Shown here one piece after another: positions 38,101 through 46,400 of a stretch of 64,000 nt of DNA. This DNA comes from Candidatus Staskawiczbacteria bacterium RIFCSPHIGHO2_01_FULL_39_25 (GTDB lineage: Bacteria > Patescibacteriota > Minisyncoccia > Minisyncoccales > Staskawiczbacteraceae): NCBI GenBank assembly GCA_001820095.1, contig MHOO01000008.1, positions 8,597 to 72,596 on the forward strand, in the 5' to 3' direction. Within the stretch, counting starts at the first letter, position 1. Every line of letters starts with the position of its first letter. A model generated the notes under the pieces. That model had not been told where the DNA came from. It was given only the letters and a program-made list of their open reading frames with translations, and searched no databases. A program made the translations under genes and the position numbers.

Positions 38101-40288
38101 CGATGGCAATAAAGGGCCGTGGGCAGAAATTAAAATTGATGTTACAAATCCCGTGGTCATTAATGAAGTTGGCTATGCGGGCACTAACGCTGATGAAAAA
38201 GACCAATGGATAGAGCTTTATAATAAGTCAGATAAAGATATTGACTTAACAAATTGGAAAATTGTTTCTGGTTCGCTCAACATTAATCTTAAAGGCACTA
38301 TTCTATCTAAGGGATATTTTATTTTGGAAGCAAGCGATGACGATGCATTATCTGATGTGTTAGCTGATCAAATTTTTATAGAACCCTTAGGTAAAAACCG
38401 TTTATATTTACGCGATAAAAACAATAGATATGTGGATGAATTTTACACGCCGCCAACCGGCTTGGAGGTCAGCAGTTTTATTAAAGACAGCAATCATTAT
38501 TCAATAGAAAGAGTCAGCGCTTATTCTTTTGGCATGCATGAGAAAAATTGGAAAATTAATAATGGCAATATTATGAACGGAAAAGATAGGGACGAAGGCC
38601 AGGTTTATGGAACTCCGGGAAGCAAAAACAGCGTTAACCAACTATATACCTACTACGCTTCAAGTTTTATTCAGGACACGGTTTTAAAAAAAGATTTAAG
38701 CCCGTATCTATTTGAAGGAATGAACGCGCATGTATTTACAGATATTACGTTGTCAATTGAGCCGGGAGTTATAATCAAGTTTTACCATAACCAGTCAAAC
38801 CTAACTATCCAGGGGACTTTAAAAGCCGTAGGCACCGAAACAGAAAAAATTGTTTTTACCTCTTTTCATGATGATGAATACGGCGGAGACAGCGATAAAA
38901 CCGCGGATCCCTTATTGCCTAAACCCGCCGATTGGCTGGGGTTGCGCTTTACCAAAGATGGCAACAATTCGGAACTAGAAAATGTTATGGTACGCTATGG
39001 AGGGGCGGTAATAGGTTCTTCTCCTATTGAATGGGGCAACGCAGTATGGGTTGAGCATACTTCTATTACCCTGAAAGATTCTATTATTGAAAACAATAAA
39101 AACAGGGGACTGCGGCTTATTAATTCTAATTCTATAGTGGATTCTATATCATTTTTAAACCAAAATACGCATGATTATCCCCCTGGACTTAATGAATCAA
39201 AAGCAATATACATTCAAGGCGGAAGCCCGGAAATCAAAAATTCTTACTTTGAAAATAATTCTTTTGGCATGTATGTGGCCTCTTTCTTTGATGAGATAAA
39301 CAATAAAGATATTTTGTCTCTCCCTTCATTAGAGGGCAATAACTTTGTTAAGAATGAATACCCTATTTGGTTTGAAAAGTTTTCATATGCTTCGCTTGCA
39401 AACAATACGGCAACAGACAATACCTTTAATGCCATTGTTCTCCCATCTGAATTTTCCCAGGATACAACCCTAAAGCCAGACTTGCCCTATCTGGTAAAGA
39501 ATATCACTAAAATTCCAGAGAATGTAACGCTTATTTTAGATCCTGGCGCCATCATCAGCTTCCAGAGCAATTTTTCAGGGTTGCAAATTGAGGGGACATT
39601 ACAGTCGATTGGCTTGCCGGATAACAAAATTATTTTCAGGCCATACTATTATGATAAAGATTCCATACTTCCTGGCAGCTGGCTGGGTTTGCGTTTTACA
39701 AAAAGCAGCAAAAATTCAGTGTTAGATAACGTAGATATTTCTTATGGGGGCGCTTTTCATGGCAATCCAGGCAATGAAGATTTTACCGCGGCGATAAAAG
39801 TTGAAGAATCTGCTATTTCATTAAAAAACGCTACCCTGCGTAATAATGCCAATAATGGAATTTGGCTGGTTAATTCAGCATCAGTGATAGATTCAGTAAC
39901 ATTTTTAGAAAACTCGCAATCGGCTCTTGCTCTTGAAGCTAAAGCACTCTATGTCCAAGGTGGAAACCCAGTCATTAAAAATTCTCATTTTAGAAATAAT
40001 ACCTACGGAATTTACATGGCTGACTTGAGCGGCCCGAATGGCAACATACCGGCTTTGCCGGATTATTCAGACAATAACCAATTTGACGGAAGCATCGCCG
40101 CAGATATTTTCCCGCTTCCTCTTCCTCTGCCTCCAGCCATAGAACCAGAGCCTGAATCCTTACTAGAACCCGATGCTGAATTGCCACCGGAACCTGTTCT
40201 TGATCCTGCTCTGGAACCAACCCCGGAACCAGAACCGGAACCAGAACCGGAACCGGAACCGGAACCAGACTTTCTCAATGTACCTTAA
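35147..40288 (+). CDS. Giant secreted multidomain protein (1713 aa): alpha/beta-hydrolase (GHSQG) + 3x lamin-tail domain + FN3-like modules + 2x parallel beta-helix module + Pro/Glu tail
   Basis: Signal peptide. LLVGHSQGT nucleophile elbow. LTD signatures ILISEVQ..EFVELYNP (nt ~36482), ILINEIQ..EFIELYNP (~37350) and VVINEVG..QWIELYN (~38151). A duplicated WLGLRFTK..YGG beta-helix module (~38640-39420 and ~39420-40080). (CCRGAA)n encodes PEPEPE at 40223-40264. Confidence 0.8.
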   Translation: MRKFSFIVFITLLLLPVFAFADCSNKGYTIIYVNGIFTDKNIARLDKDSLKEKFKKITKNDTVNFINGYNSSHLGGIGDLLKSTIQAYKGGALDYDLENILTQIHGELATRKVLLVGHSQGTFYTNAAYDYLINNGVPKDSISVYNVATPADEVAGDGNYVTSSNDKVINSIVKEITALGFARKPLSANIDIPLLPEEANDPFAGHSLSGVYLQGAPERVIGDIQKGLENLADSNDGAPSEGCFDKPKTTLIHQSKDVVFKVADKSIATAQAAYNFGQSAKEKVYLAISNFGENIAAKVVKILDNYNLFEASISLAGKPSGNQNLPSVDLTSTQNTQNIQDNNSGTQIIQNENLDELLDNSNETQEEIDDILERIDILQAQLIKQNSVSLPNTGNNAYTDKNSPVNEDNEAKEAEQSSVSLPTQNVVTAAYVASSASSAANVIYPKILISEVQIEGLDDAKQEFVELYNPNSQEVSLTDWYLQRKTKTGSSYATFASNTLFSGKKIRANSYFLIAREGSSFASQADIIIDNPLTEDNSLILKNPGGEIADKVGWGQAQEYELLPFQNPIPGKSIGRQLILLVEQDTDNNSIDFLINSPTPKANNTAYVAPLIITDNTTTIEAKDEKAPQAVFTVDEIQKNIAFTIHFEITDPVGTVTPSGIYSYIFRWKLEGGSWQEEPSTHVNNNPSVFSGARDFIGDDEKSYYFQVKAKDLAGNESDWQSETPVAVKISISKKILINEIQTAGVTTKDEFIELYNPNGVDINLAGFSLKKKTSGGAESNLVSVSAFLGTIKAFGYFLVAPEADDNGTENYTGLAAPDIYYSGKTFSIAANNTVLLYDNAGALLDKVGFGTAKDFETIAAPNPETGKSIERKKLGADTDNNQNDFKISDEITPKGTFPKSVIEDATDYANNPSSNVPGAPAYSFLIKWKSAAANIDFFQVQYKLGETDWKDWLPSTPKTEEYFQGNYSLFNDNVYYFRVAATDTDGNKGPWAEIKIDVTNPVVINEVGYAGTNADEKDQWIELYNKSDKDIDLTNWKIVSGSLNINLKGTILSKGYFILEASDDDALSDVLADQIFIEPLGKNRLYLRDKNNRYVDEFYTPPTGLEVSSFIKDSNHYSIERVSAYSFGMHEKNWKINNGNIMNGKDRDEGQVYGTPGSKNSVNQLYTYYASSFIQDTVLKKDLSPYLFEGMNAHVFTDITLSIEPGVIIKFYHNQSNLTIQGTLKAVGTETEKIVFTSFHDDEYGGDSDKTADPLLPKPADWLGLRFTKDGNNSELENVMVRYGGAVIGSSPIEWGNAVWVEHTSITLKDSIIENNKNRGLRLINSNSIVDSISFLNQNTHDYPPGLNESKAIYIQGGSPEIKNSYFENNSFGMYVASFFDEINNKDILSLPSLEGNNFVKNEYPIWFEKFSYASLANNTATDNTFNAIVLPSEFSQDTTLKPDLPYLVKNITKIPENVTLILDPGAIISFQSNFSGLQIEGTLQSIGLPDNKIIFRPYYYDKDSILPGSWLGLRFTKSSKNSVLDNVDISYGGAFHGNPGNEDFTAAIKVEESAISLKNATLRNNANNGIWLVNSASVIDSVTFLENSQSALALEAKALYVQGGNPVIKNSHFRNNTYGIYMADLSGPNGNIPALPDYSDNNQFDGSIAADIFPLPLPLPPAIEPEPESLLEPDAELPPEPVLDPALEPTPEPEPEPEPEPEPEPDFLNVP

Positions 40289-40318
40289 ACTATTATTACG
40301 ATATTAACTCTAAAAAAA

Positions 40319-40352
40319 GTACCTTGAAACAACGATCGTTGTTTCAAGGTAC
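40319..40352. terminator. Family-C perfect 34-nt palindrome; bidirectional terminator
   Basis: GTACCTTGAAACAACGA/TCGTTGTTTCAAGGTAC with A7 before and T5 after. Confidence 0.8.
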
Positions 40353-40372
40353 TTTTTGCTATAGATTATACG

Positions 40373-40939
40373 TTATAAATTAAAGTGCCTTTTTAGTCTA
40401 AGGTCATCATGTATTGTATCTGCAATAATAATATTAATAAAAGAACTTATATTAAAAAATTCACATAAAAACTGAATTTCTTTCTCGCAAGGATAAGGAC
40501 AAACCAAAACACTTTTTTGTAATTGATAAAAATTTAATTTTTGTAATTTTTGTCTTAATGCATCCCTGCCATATCTTCTTCTTTCTGGGATATCGAAGGT
40601 TATAATACGCCATTTTTTATCCCAAGTGTTTTGTTTTTTGATCTCTAGCCTTTCGATGTTAATTTCTTTAACTTTCCTTTTCCCCTTTTCTGTAATTTGA
40701 ACTAAACAATCTCCATTTTCTTTTTCCTTTAAGATAATAAAATTATTTCTTTTTAATCCCCTCAAAGATCTGGCTATTTTTTCTTCATTGATTTTATTTT
40801 TATTATATCTCTTATTTTTTATAATTGCTTTTGCTATGTTTGTTAAAAAATACGGAGACGTAGAAGCAACAATAACGATTCCGGTTAAAGCAATAGTTAA
40901 AAGAATTTCTTTAGTTATGCTATTGTATTGCCCTTTCAT
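40373..40939 (-). CDS. PaaX-family winged-helix protein, second paralogue (188 aa, N-terminal hydrophobic helix)
   Basis: W-x-K-K-W-RIITFDIPE-x5-R-DALRQKL-x3-NF-x5-SVLVCPYP matches the same signature as 11404..11931. Confidence 0.55.
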   Translation of the reverse strand: MKGQYNSITKEILLTIALTGIVIVASTSPYFLTNIAKAIIKNKRYNKNKINEEKIARSLRGLKRNNFIILKEKENGDCLVQITEKGKRKVKEINIERLEIKKQNTWDKKWRIITFDIPERRRYGRDALRQKLQKLNFYQLQKSVLVCPYPCEKEIQFLCEFFNISSFINIIIADTIHDDLRLKRHFNL

Positions 40940-40961
40940 TCATATAGCATATACCAAAAAT

Positions 40962-40995
40962 GACGCTTGAACAAACGATTGTGGTTTAAAGGTAT
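40962..40995. repeat. Family-C element, degenerate copy (25/34 identical to 40319-40352 by hand alignment)
   Basis: GACGCTTGAACAAACGATTGTGGTTTAAAGGTAT. Confidence 0.6.
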
Positions 40996-41000
40996 ATTTT

Positions 41001-41080
41001 ATATCTACATAGGTCTATATATGTCTCCATATGTTTCTATGTGCTCATATGCGCCTATACAGATATCCACAGGTGATATT
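41001..41080. repeat. Array of ~8 degenerate 10-bp tandem repeats in helical phase
   Basis: atatctacat aggtctatat atgtctccat atgtttctat gtgctcatat gcgcctatac agatatccac aggtgatatt. Confidence 0.7.
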
Positions 41081-41108
41081 TGAAAATAATTATGTTAAAA
41101 TAAAAAAA

Positions 41109-41156
41109 TTGACTTCTAAAATATTTTTTGTTAATTTAACCCATTAGGTTAAATTA
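41109..41156 (+). promoter_or_regulatory. Promoter (TTGACT-17 nt-TGtTAATTT) overlapped by a 10-bp inverted repeat TAATTTAACC-n5-GGTTAAATTA that ends at the ATG
   Basis: -35 at 41109-41114, extended -10 at 41129-41137, IR at 41132-41156, start codon at 41156. Confidence 0.55.
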
Positions 41157-41764
41157 TGGAAGACAATTTTGTAAAAATAACCAATGCGGTTTATAAGCTT
41201 TTAGATTTCTTTCCGGATTCAGATCCGTTGAAAAACAAGGCAAAAGAAAAAGCATTGGCAATATTGGATAACTTGACGTTGATTTCCAATAATCATGGGT
41301 GGGTTTCTTTGCAAAAAGAGAAAGCTTCAGCACAATTACTAGACGACATAGGGATGCTGGAAAATTACCTTGCTATTGGCAAGCATCAAGGTTGGATAGG
41401 CCATATAAATTTTCTTATCATTGTCAAAGAGTATCGCCAGATTATGAATGAGATTAGCCCTCCAAAAGGATCCCTAAGAAGAAATATCCAGATTGCCTCC
41501 GCTATTGCAAAAGACGTTCCAGAAGTTCTTAACAATGCTCCAAAAAGCATTGAAATTAAAGATGATGCATCGGGGTATTCAGAAAGGCAAACAAAAATAT
41601 TGAAAATACTCTCTGAAAGAGAGAAAGCCCAGGTTTCAGACTTTATAAAAGAGCTACCAGATATTACTAAAAGAACAATTAGGAGAGACTTAGATGATCT
41701 GCTAAAAAGGGGCAAAGTAATAAGGATAGGAGAATGGAACCAAGTTTTCTACAAAACTAGATAG
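41156..41764 (+). CDS. Transcription regulator with C-terminal DeoR-type HTH, helical N-terminal domain
   Basis: C-terminus RQTKILKILSEREKAQVSDFIKELPDITKRTIRRDLDDLLKRGKV fits the DeoR HTH pattern (..TIRRDL..L). Confidence 0.6.
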   Translation: MEDNFVKITNAVYKLLDFFPDSDPLKNKAKEKALAILDNLTLISNNHGWVSLQKEKASAQLLDDIGMLENYLAIGKHQGWIGHINFLIIVKEYRQIMNEISPPKGSLRRNIQIASAIAKDVPEVLNNAPKSIEIKDDASGYSERQTKILKILSEREKAQVSDFIKELPDITKRTIRRDLDDLLKRGKVIRIGEWNQVFYKTR

Positions 41765-41837
41765 GACATTTCAAATGTCCTATCAATACGAACAATTGTC
41801 CTATCACTTAAGCTTGTTCCCTTGATTTTGTCCTATC
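41760..41837. promoter_or_regulatory. TGTCCTATC motif x3 direct plus one inverted (GATAGGACAT-n5-ATGTCCTATC palindrome) upstream of the ECF sigma gene
   Basis: Palindrome at 41760-41784. Direct copies at 41776-41784, 41797-41805 and 41829-41837. Confidence 0.7.
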
Positions 41838-41862
41838 TTTGTGATAAAATTTAACCTTATAG

Positions 41863-42372
41863 ATGAATAATTTAAACGAACAATTTAGCCTTATTTACGA
41901 CCAATATATTGAAAAAATATATAGGTACGTTTACATCAAGGTAAATTCTCAAGAAATAGCCGAAGATATCTCATCTAAAGTCTTTCTAAAAACGTGGGAA
42001 GCCTATCAAAAAGATCAGGGCAAAATTGATAATCCCAAAGCATTTTTATACCAGGTGGCTAGGAACATGGTTGTAGACCACTATAGGGAAAAGGGTAGGA
42101 CACAGATAGTATCCGCCGATCATATTGGCCAAATTCAAGACCATAAGACAAATTTGTACGAGAAAGCCGCATTACATTCAGATATTGAAGTGGTAAAATC
42201 AGCCATTCAGAACATAAAAAAAGAGTACCAGGATGTTCTTATTTGGCATTACTTAGAAGATATGCCCGCGGACCAAATAGCCGCTATCTTGGATAAGCCA
42301 ACGAGTACGGTACGGGTAATGATACACAGAGGCCTTAAAGCTCTTAAGGGGGAATTATCTCAAGAATCATGA
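41863..42372 (+). CDS. ECF-type sigma-70 family factor
   Basis: 169 aa with region 2 (IYRYVYIKV..EDISSKVFLK) and region 4 HTH (PTSTVRVMIHRGLKALK). Confidence 0.85.
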   Translation: MNNLNEQFSLIYDQYIEKIYRYVYIKVNSQEIAEDISSKVFLKTWEAYQKDQGKIDNPKAFLYQVARNMVVDHYREKGRTQIVSADHIGQIQDHKTNLYEKAALHSDIEVVKSAIQNIKKEYQDVLIWHYLEDMPADQIAAILDKPTSTVRVMIHRGLKALKGELSQES

Positions 42373-42410
42373 GGAGTTAGGCTATTAGAGTTAGGCTTAG
42401 CCTAACTCTA
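42373..42410 (+). promoter_or_regulatory. GAGTTAGGCT 10-mer x2 direct + 1 inverted (alternative hairpins) between sigma and downstream gene
   Basis: gGAGTTAGGCTattaGAGTTAGGCTtAGCCTAACTC followed by the AAAGGGGG ribosome-binding site. Confidence 0.6.
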
Positions 42411-42452
42411 AAAGGGGGTGTAACAAAAAACGGCATTTTGCGTCATCATTGT

Positions 42453-43265
42453 ATGACAGAAAAGGAACTCATTTCTAAGCTAAAGGACTTGAATAGCATA
42501 AAACCCAGAAAAGAATGGGTGTTTTCGGTTAAGATGCAGATCCTAGGTTCCGGAGGAAATGTAGTACCAGATAAGGCAACCTATAAAGAAAGATTATTCG
42601 ATGGATTTAAAAGCCTGTATCCTTTAAGCTACCAAAGAAAGTTAGCATACTCATTTTCAGTGCTTATGCTGACATTTGTAGGGGTTCTTGGGTTTGCCCA
42701 GTATACGGTTCCGGGCGATGTGCTTTTTTCAGTCAAAAAAATTACCGAGCAGGGCCAGGCATCTTTGACCGGGGAAAGTGAAATAAAGGCCAGCGTGGAG
42801 AACTTTAAGAAAAGATCGCAAGATTTGGCAGAAATAGTGAAAAACAAAAAAGAAACCAATATCCCTTCAGCCGTACAAGAAGTTAAAGACGCCGCAAAAA
42901 GTTTAACTGACGCTTTGCAAAAAGATCCCAAGCTAGCCAAAGAAATTGCCTTGGAAATCAAAGAAAATAAAACATTCTTGGATCTTTCTGGCGAAGCAAA
43001 TATAGAAGCAGATATAAAGGAAGCTTCAGATATCCTTTATAAAACCATTGACGCCCAAATGATTGCAGACCTGGAAGCAACAACGCTGACAGAAGAACAG
43101 CAAGTGCTATTGGAGGAAATTAAAGATTTATACAGCCAGGATAAATATTCTGATGCATTGGAAAAAATACTTTTGATTAGTGTGAACAGCGAGGCAAAGG
43201 TTGATGTGGGAAGTAATGTGCAGAGCGAACCAGAAAACACTACACAAAACGAGGTAAAAGAATAA
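42453..43265 (+). CDS. Single-pass membrane protein downstream of ECF sigma (putative anti-sigma / DUF5667-like)
   Basis: Its position, one TM (LAYSFSVLMLTFVGVLGFA) and a helical extracytoplasmic domain. The ATG at 42453 was chosen over the TTG at 42438. Confidence 0.45.
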   Translation: MTEKELISKLKDLNSIKPRKEWVFSVKMQILGSGGNVVPDKATYKERLFDGFKSLYPLSYQRKLAYSFSVLMLTFVGVLGFAQYTVPGDVLFSVKKITEQGQASLTGESEIKASVENFKKRSQDLAEIVKNKKETNIPSAVQEVKDAAKSLTDALQKDPKLAKEIALEIKENKTFLDLSGEANIEADIKEASDILYKTIDAQMIADLEATTLTEEQQVLLEEIKDLYSQDKYSDALEKILLISVNSEAKVDVGSNVQSEPENTTQNEVKE

Positions 43266-43290
43266 ATAATTAAACTAATAAATTTACGTA

Positions 43291-43339
43291 CCCGCCCTCT
43301 AAACTGCTTCAAAAATATTGGAACAGCTTAGAGGGCGGG
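43291..43339 (+). other. GC-rich 16-bp hairpin (possible terminator, no U-tail)
   Basis: CCCGCCCTCTAAaCTG..17 nt..CAGcTTAGAGGGCGGG. Confidence 0.5.
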
Positions 43340-43452
43340 ATTCACATTAAAAATTTGATAAGTCGCTTTTCGTGCCTACTACGTAAAGTCGCGAAAGAAA
43401 TGGTCGACCGATGGTAATAAAAAAAACAAACAATTAACTTACTAATAAAAAA

Positions 43453-46400
43453 ATGAATATAAGAAAAACAATTATCACAGCCGCTGTTGCGTTAACAACG
43501 GTTGCAATGATTGCTCCTATGTCTGCTGGCGCATTAACCGCTGCGGAATTACAGGCTCAGATCAATGCCTTGATGGCCCAATTACAAGCTTTGCAAGGGC
43601 AAAGCTCTGGCTCTCCTGCAGTCTGCGCTGGCATTGTATTTTCAAGAAATTTGACCGTTGGCTCAACAGGTTCAGATGTAAAGTGCTTGCAAGCGCTTTT
43701 GAACACTTCAGCCACAACTCAAGTTTCATTGACAGGAGCAGGCTCGCCCGGTAACGAAACAACTTACTTTGGTTCAAGAACCTTAGCAGCTGTTAGAGTT
43801 TACCAGGCACAGCAAGGATGGACGCCTGCAAACCAGGTAGGTCCTTTGACACGAGCAAAATTAAATGCGTGGTTGGCTGGGACAACCCCAACACCAACCC
43901 CAACCCCGACCCCAACACCTACTCCAACCGGAGCGGGACTTTCAGTAATGCTGGCTTCAGATAATCCAGCCGCTGGGACCATTGTTGACGGTCAGGCATT
44001 AGCCCCATTGGCAAAATTCACCTTTACCAACGGCGATAACGCTGAAGTTAAGGTTACCGGATTAAAGTTAAAGAGAATTGGCGTTTCAGCCGATGCTTCT
44101 TTGACGAACGTCTATTTGTTTAATGGAGCGATAAGAATAAGCGATGGAGCGGCAGTTTCAAGCACTATGGTTAATTTCACCAATAGCGCGGGAATCTTTA
44201 CCGTACCTTCAATGGGTTCAGTAACCATTTCCGTATTATCTGATATTAACGGAACGTCTGGAGAAACCGTCGGCATGCAGCTTGTTGCATCAACCGATGT
44301 TTCAACCAATGCCAGCTCTGTAAAAGGAACATATCCAATTACCGGAAACTTGATGACATTGGCAACCGGCACGTTGGCAGGAGTAGAGTGGAATGCTACG
44401 ACACAGCCTTCATCAGCTTCCGATGTTGACCCTCAAGATGCTTTCAGGGTTTTCGAAAACAGCATTATTGTCACAACCCGCGCGGTTGATATGACAAGAA
44501 TCAGCTTTAAGAAAACCGGAAGCGCTTCCAATACCGATTTGCAAAACTTCAAACTTTATGTTGATGGAGTGCAAGTTGGCTCAACAATGCAATTGTCCAC
44601 ATCTACCGTATTAGATGCGGGAAGCTATGTAACTTTTGACTTAACCGGAGCTCCAAAAAGGTTGGAGGCTGGAACAAGGGTTATTAAATTGTTAGCCGAC
44701 ATTGTTGGAGGCTCAAGCTTGAACTTCACCATGCATTTGTGGAATTCAGCTGATGTTACCTTTGTTGATACTCAATATGGGGCAAATGTATTGTCTGACT
44801 TAATTGCAGACGCCTCATTTACCAAGAGGTCAACCGCAGAACAGACTATTAGCTCCGGAACTCTGACTATCACCAAGATGTCAGATTCTCCATCAGGAGA
44901 TATTGTTGACGCAGCCTCAAACGCTTTATTGGCTAAATTCCAATTAAAAGCGGCCGGCGAGAAAGTAAAGGTTGAAACTCTTTACATTTCAGCAAACGTT
45001 AACACAGCGAGTGTCAGCGGATTAAGGAATGGCGCAATTTATGCTAACGGAATTCAAATCGGAAGCACCACTACGCTATATGACCCAGCTGACTCAAGCT
45101 TTGACTACACGACGTTCAATTTGGGTTCATCTTTGATAGTTGAACCGGGAAGCCCGGTAATATTGACTGTTAGAGCCGATATTTACGACACAGGAACTTC
45201 AGATACCACCAATAACATTGTTTCAGGCAGCACCATTCAAGTTACGCTTGAAGGCGCCAGCACTAACAATAATGCTACGGGATTGGTTTCTGCGACAACT
45301 CTAGATGTCCCAGCAGCTGACGTAAGCGGAAATTCTTTGACGGTTGCCCAGGGTACCTTGGCATTGTCATTAGACCCTGCTTACACGGCTCATTCAGTGG
45401 TTGCTCCTTTAACTGCTTACAAGGTGGCTGATTACAATTTGTTTGCCAGCACATCAGAAGCGGTTAATATTTCAACCATCAACGTTGTGCTTGACGAAGT
45501 AAGCTCATACGCAACGAACTTGTATGTTAAGTACGGCACGCAGATGACAACGGTAAAACCGACTGTTGCCGCTACCAACACCTGGTCAATTAACTACATG
45601 CTTGCAGCGGGAGTGACTATCCCTGTAGAAGTTTACATGGACGTTTCAAACTTGATGACAAGCGGCACCGGAACTGTTGTAACAGACTTTGACAGCACAA
45701 CTGCTTCTTCAGCGGTTGCTGCCAACTCTGCGGAAGTTACCGGCCAGGCGTTAACCTACACTACTGGTACGCTTGCAAAGTCATTTGCCAGCACGCCTCA
45801 AAACCAGGTGGTTTCAGGAAACCAGGAAATTGAAATTGGACGATGGAAGCTCACTTCTTCTTACCAGGCGTTTAAGGTAACAGAATTGAAGCTTGACCCA
45901 GATGTTTCTTCTTCGTCTTCCGATAACGCTGAAGACGCTATTAGCAGCGTTACGCTTTGGGATGGAAGCACCCAGGTTGGTGTTGCAGAAAGCTTCAACA
46001 ACATCAATACCGACGGTTCTACCGGAGGATACTTCTTCACCGGTTTGAGCCTGATGGTTCCTGCCAGCACGACAAAAACGCTGACGGCTAAAGCCACCCT
46101 TGCTATTCCATCAGCAACCAACGGTACTTCAGGGTTGAGAACTGTTCCATCTTTGACATGGGTTCAGTACGAGGATCCAGATGGAGCCGTATCAACCATT
46201 GATGCAGATACCGACGGAAACAGCACGTATGTGTACAAGACAGTTCCAAAGCTTGAAAAAGTTGAGATCACTACTAACACCTTTATCAACGGTGAAGTTG
46301 TTGACTTGTATAAGTTTAAGCTTACCGCTCCGGCTCAAGGAGAGGTAAATGTTAAGCAGTTCAAGCTTGACTTGTCCTGGTCTGACATCAATACGGTAGC

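Noticed and set aside
40223-40264. The CCRGAA hexanucleotide run, and the ACMCCR run at 43882-43929, might be non-coding microsatellites or a CRISPR-like array.
   Set aside because: Both lie in frame inside long ORFs and encode PE and TP linkers. They are coding low-complexity repeats.
43320-43345. GGAAC at 43320-43324 might be an ECF-type -35 element driving the S-layer-like gene.
   Set aside because: There is no CGT-type -10 at 16-17 nt spacing, and the pentamer lies in the loop of the upstream hairpin. It is probably coincidental.
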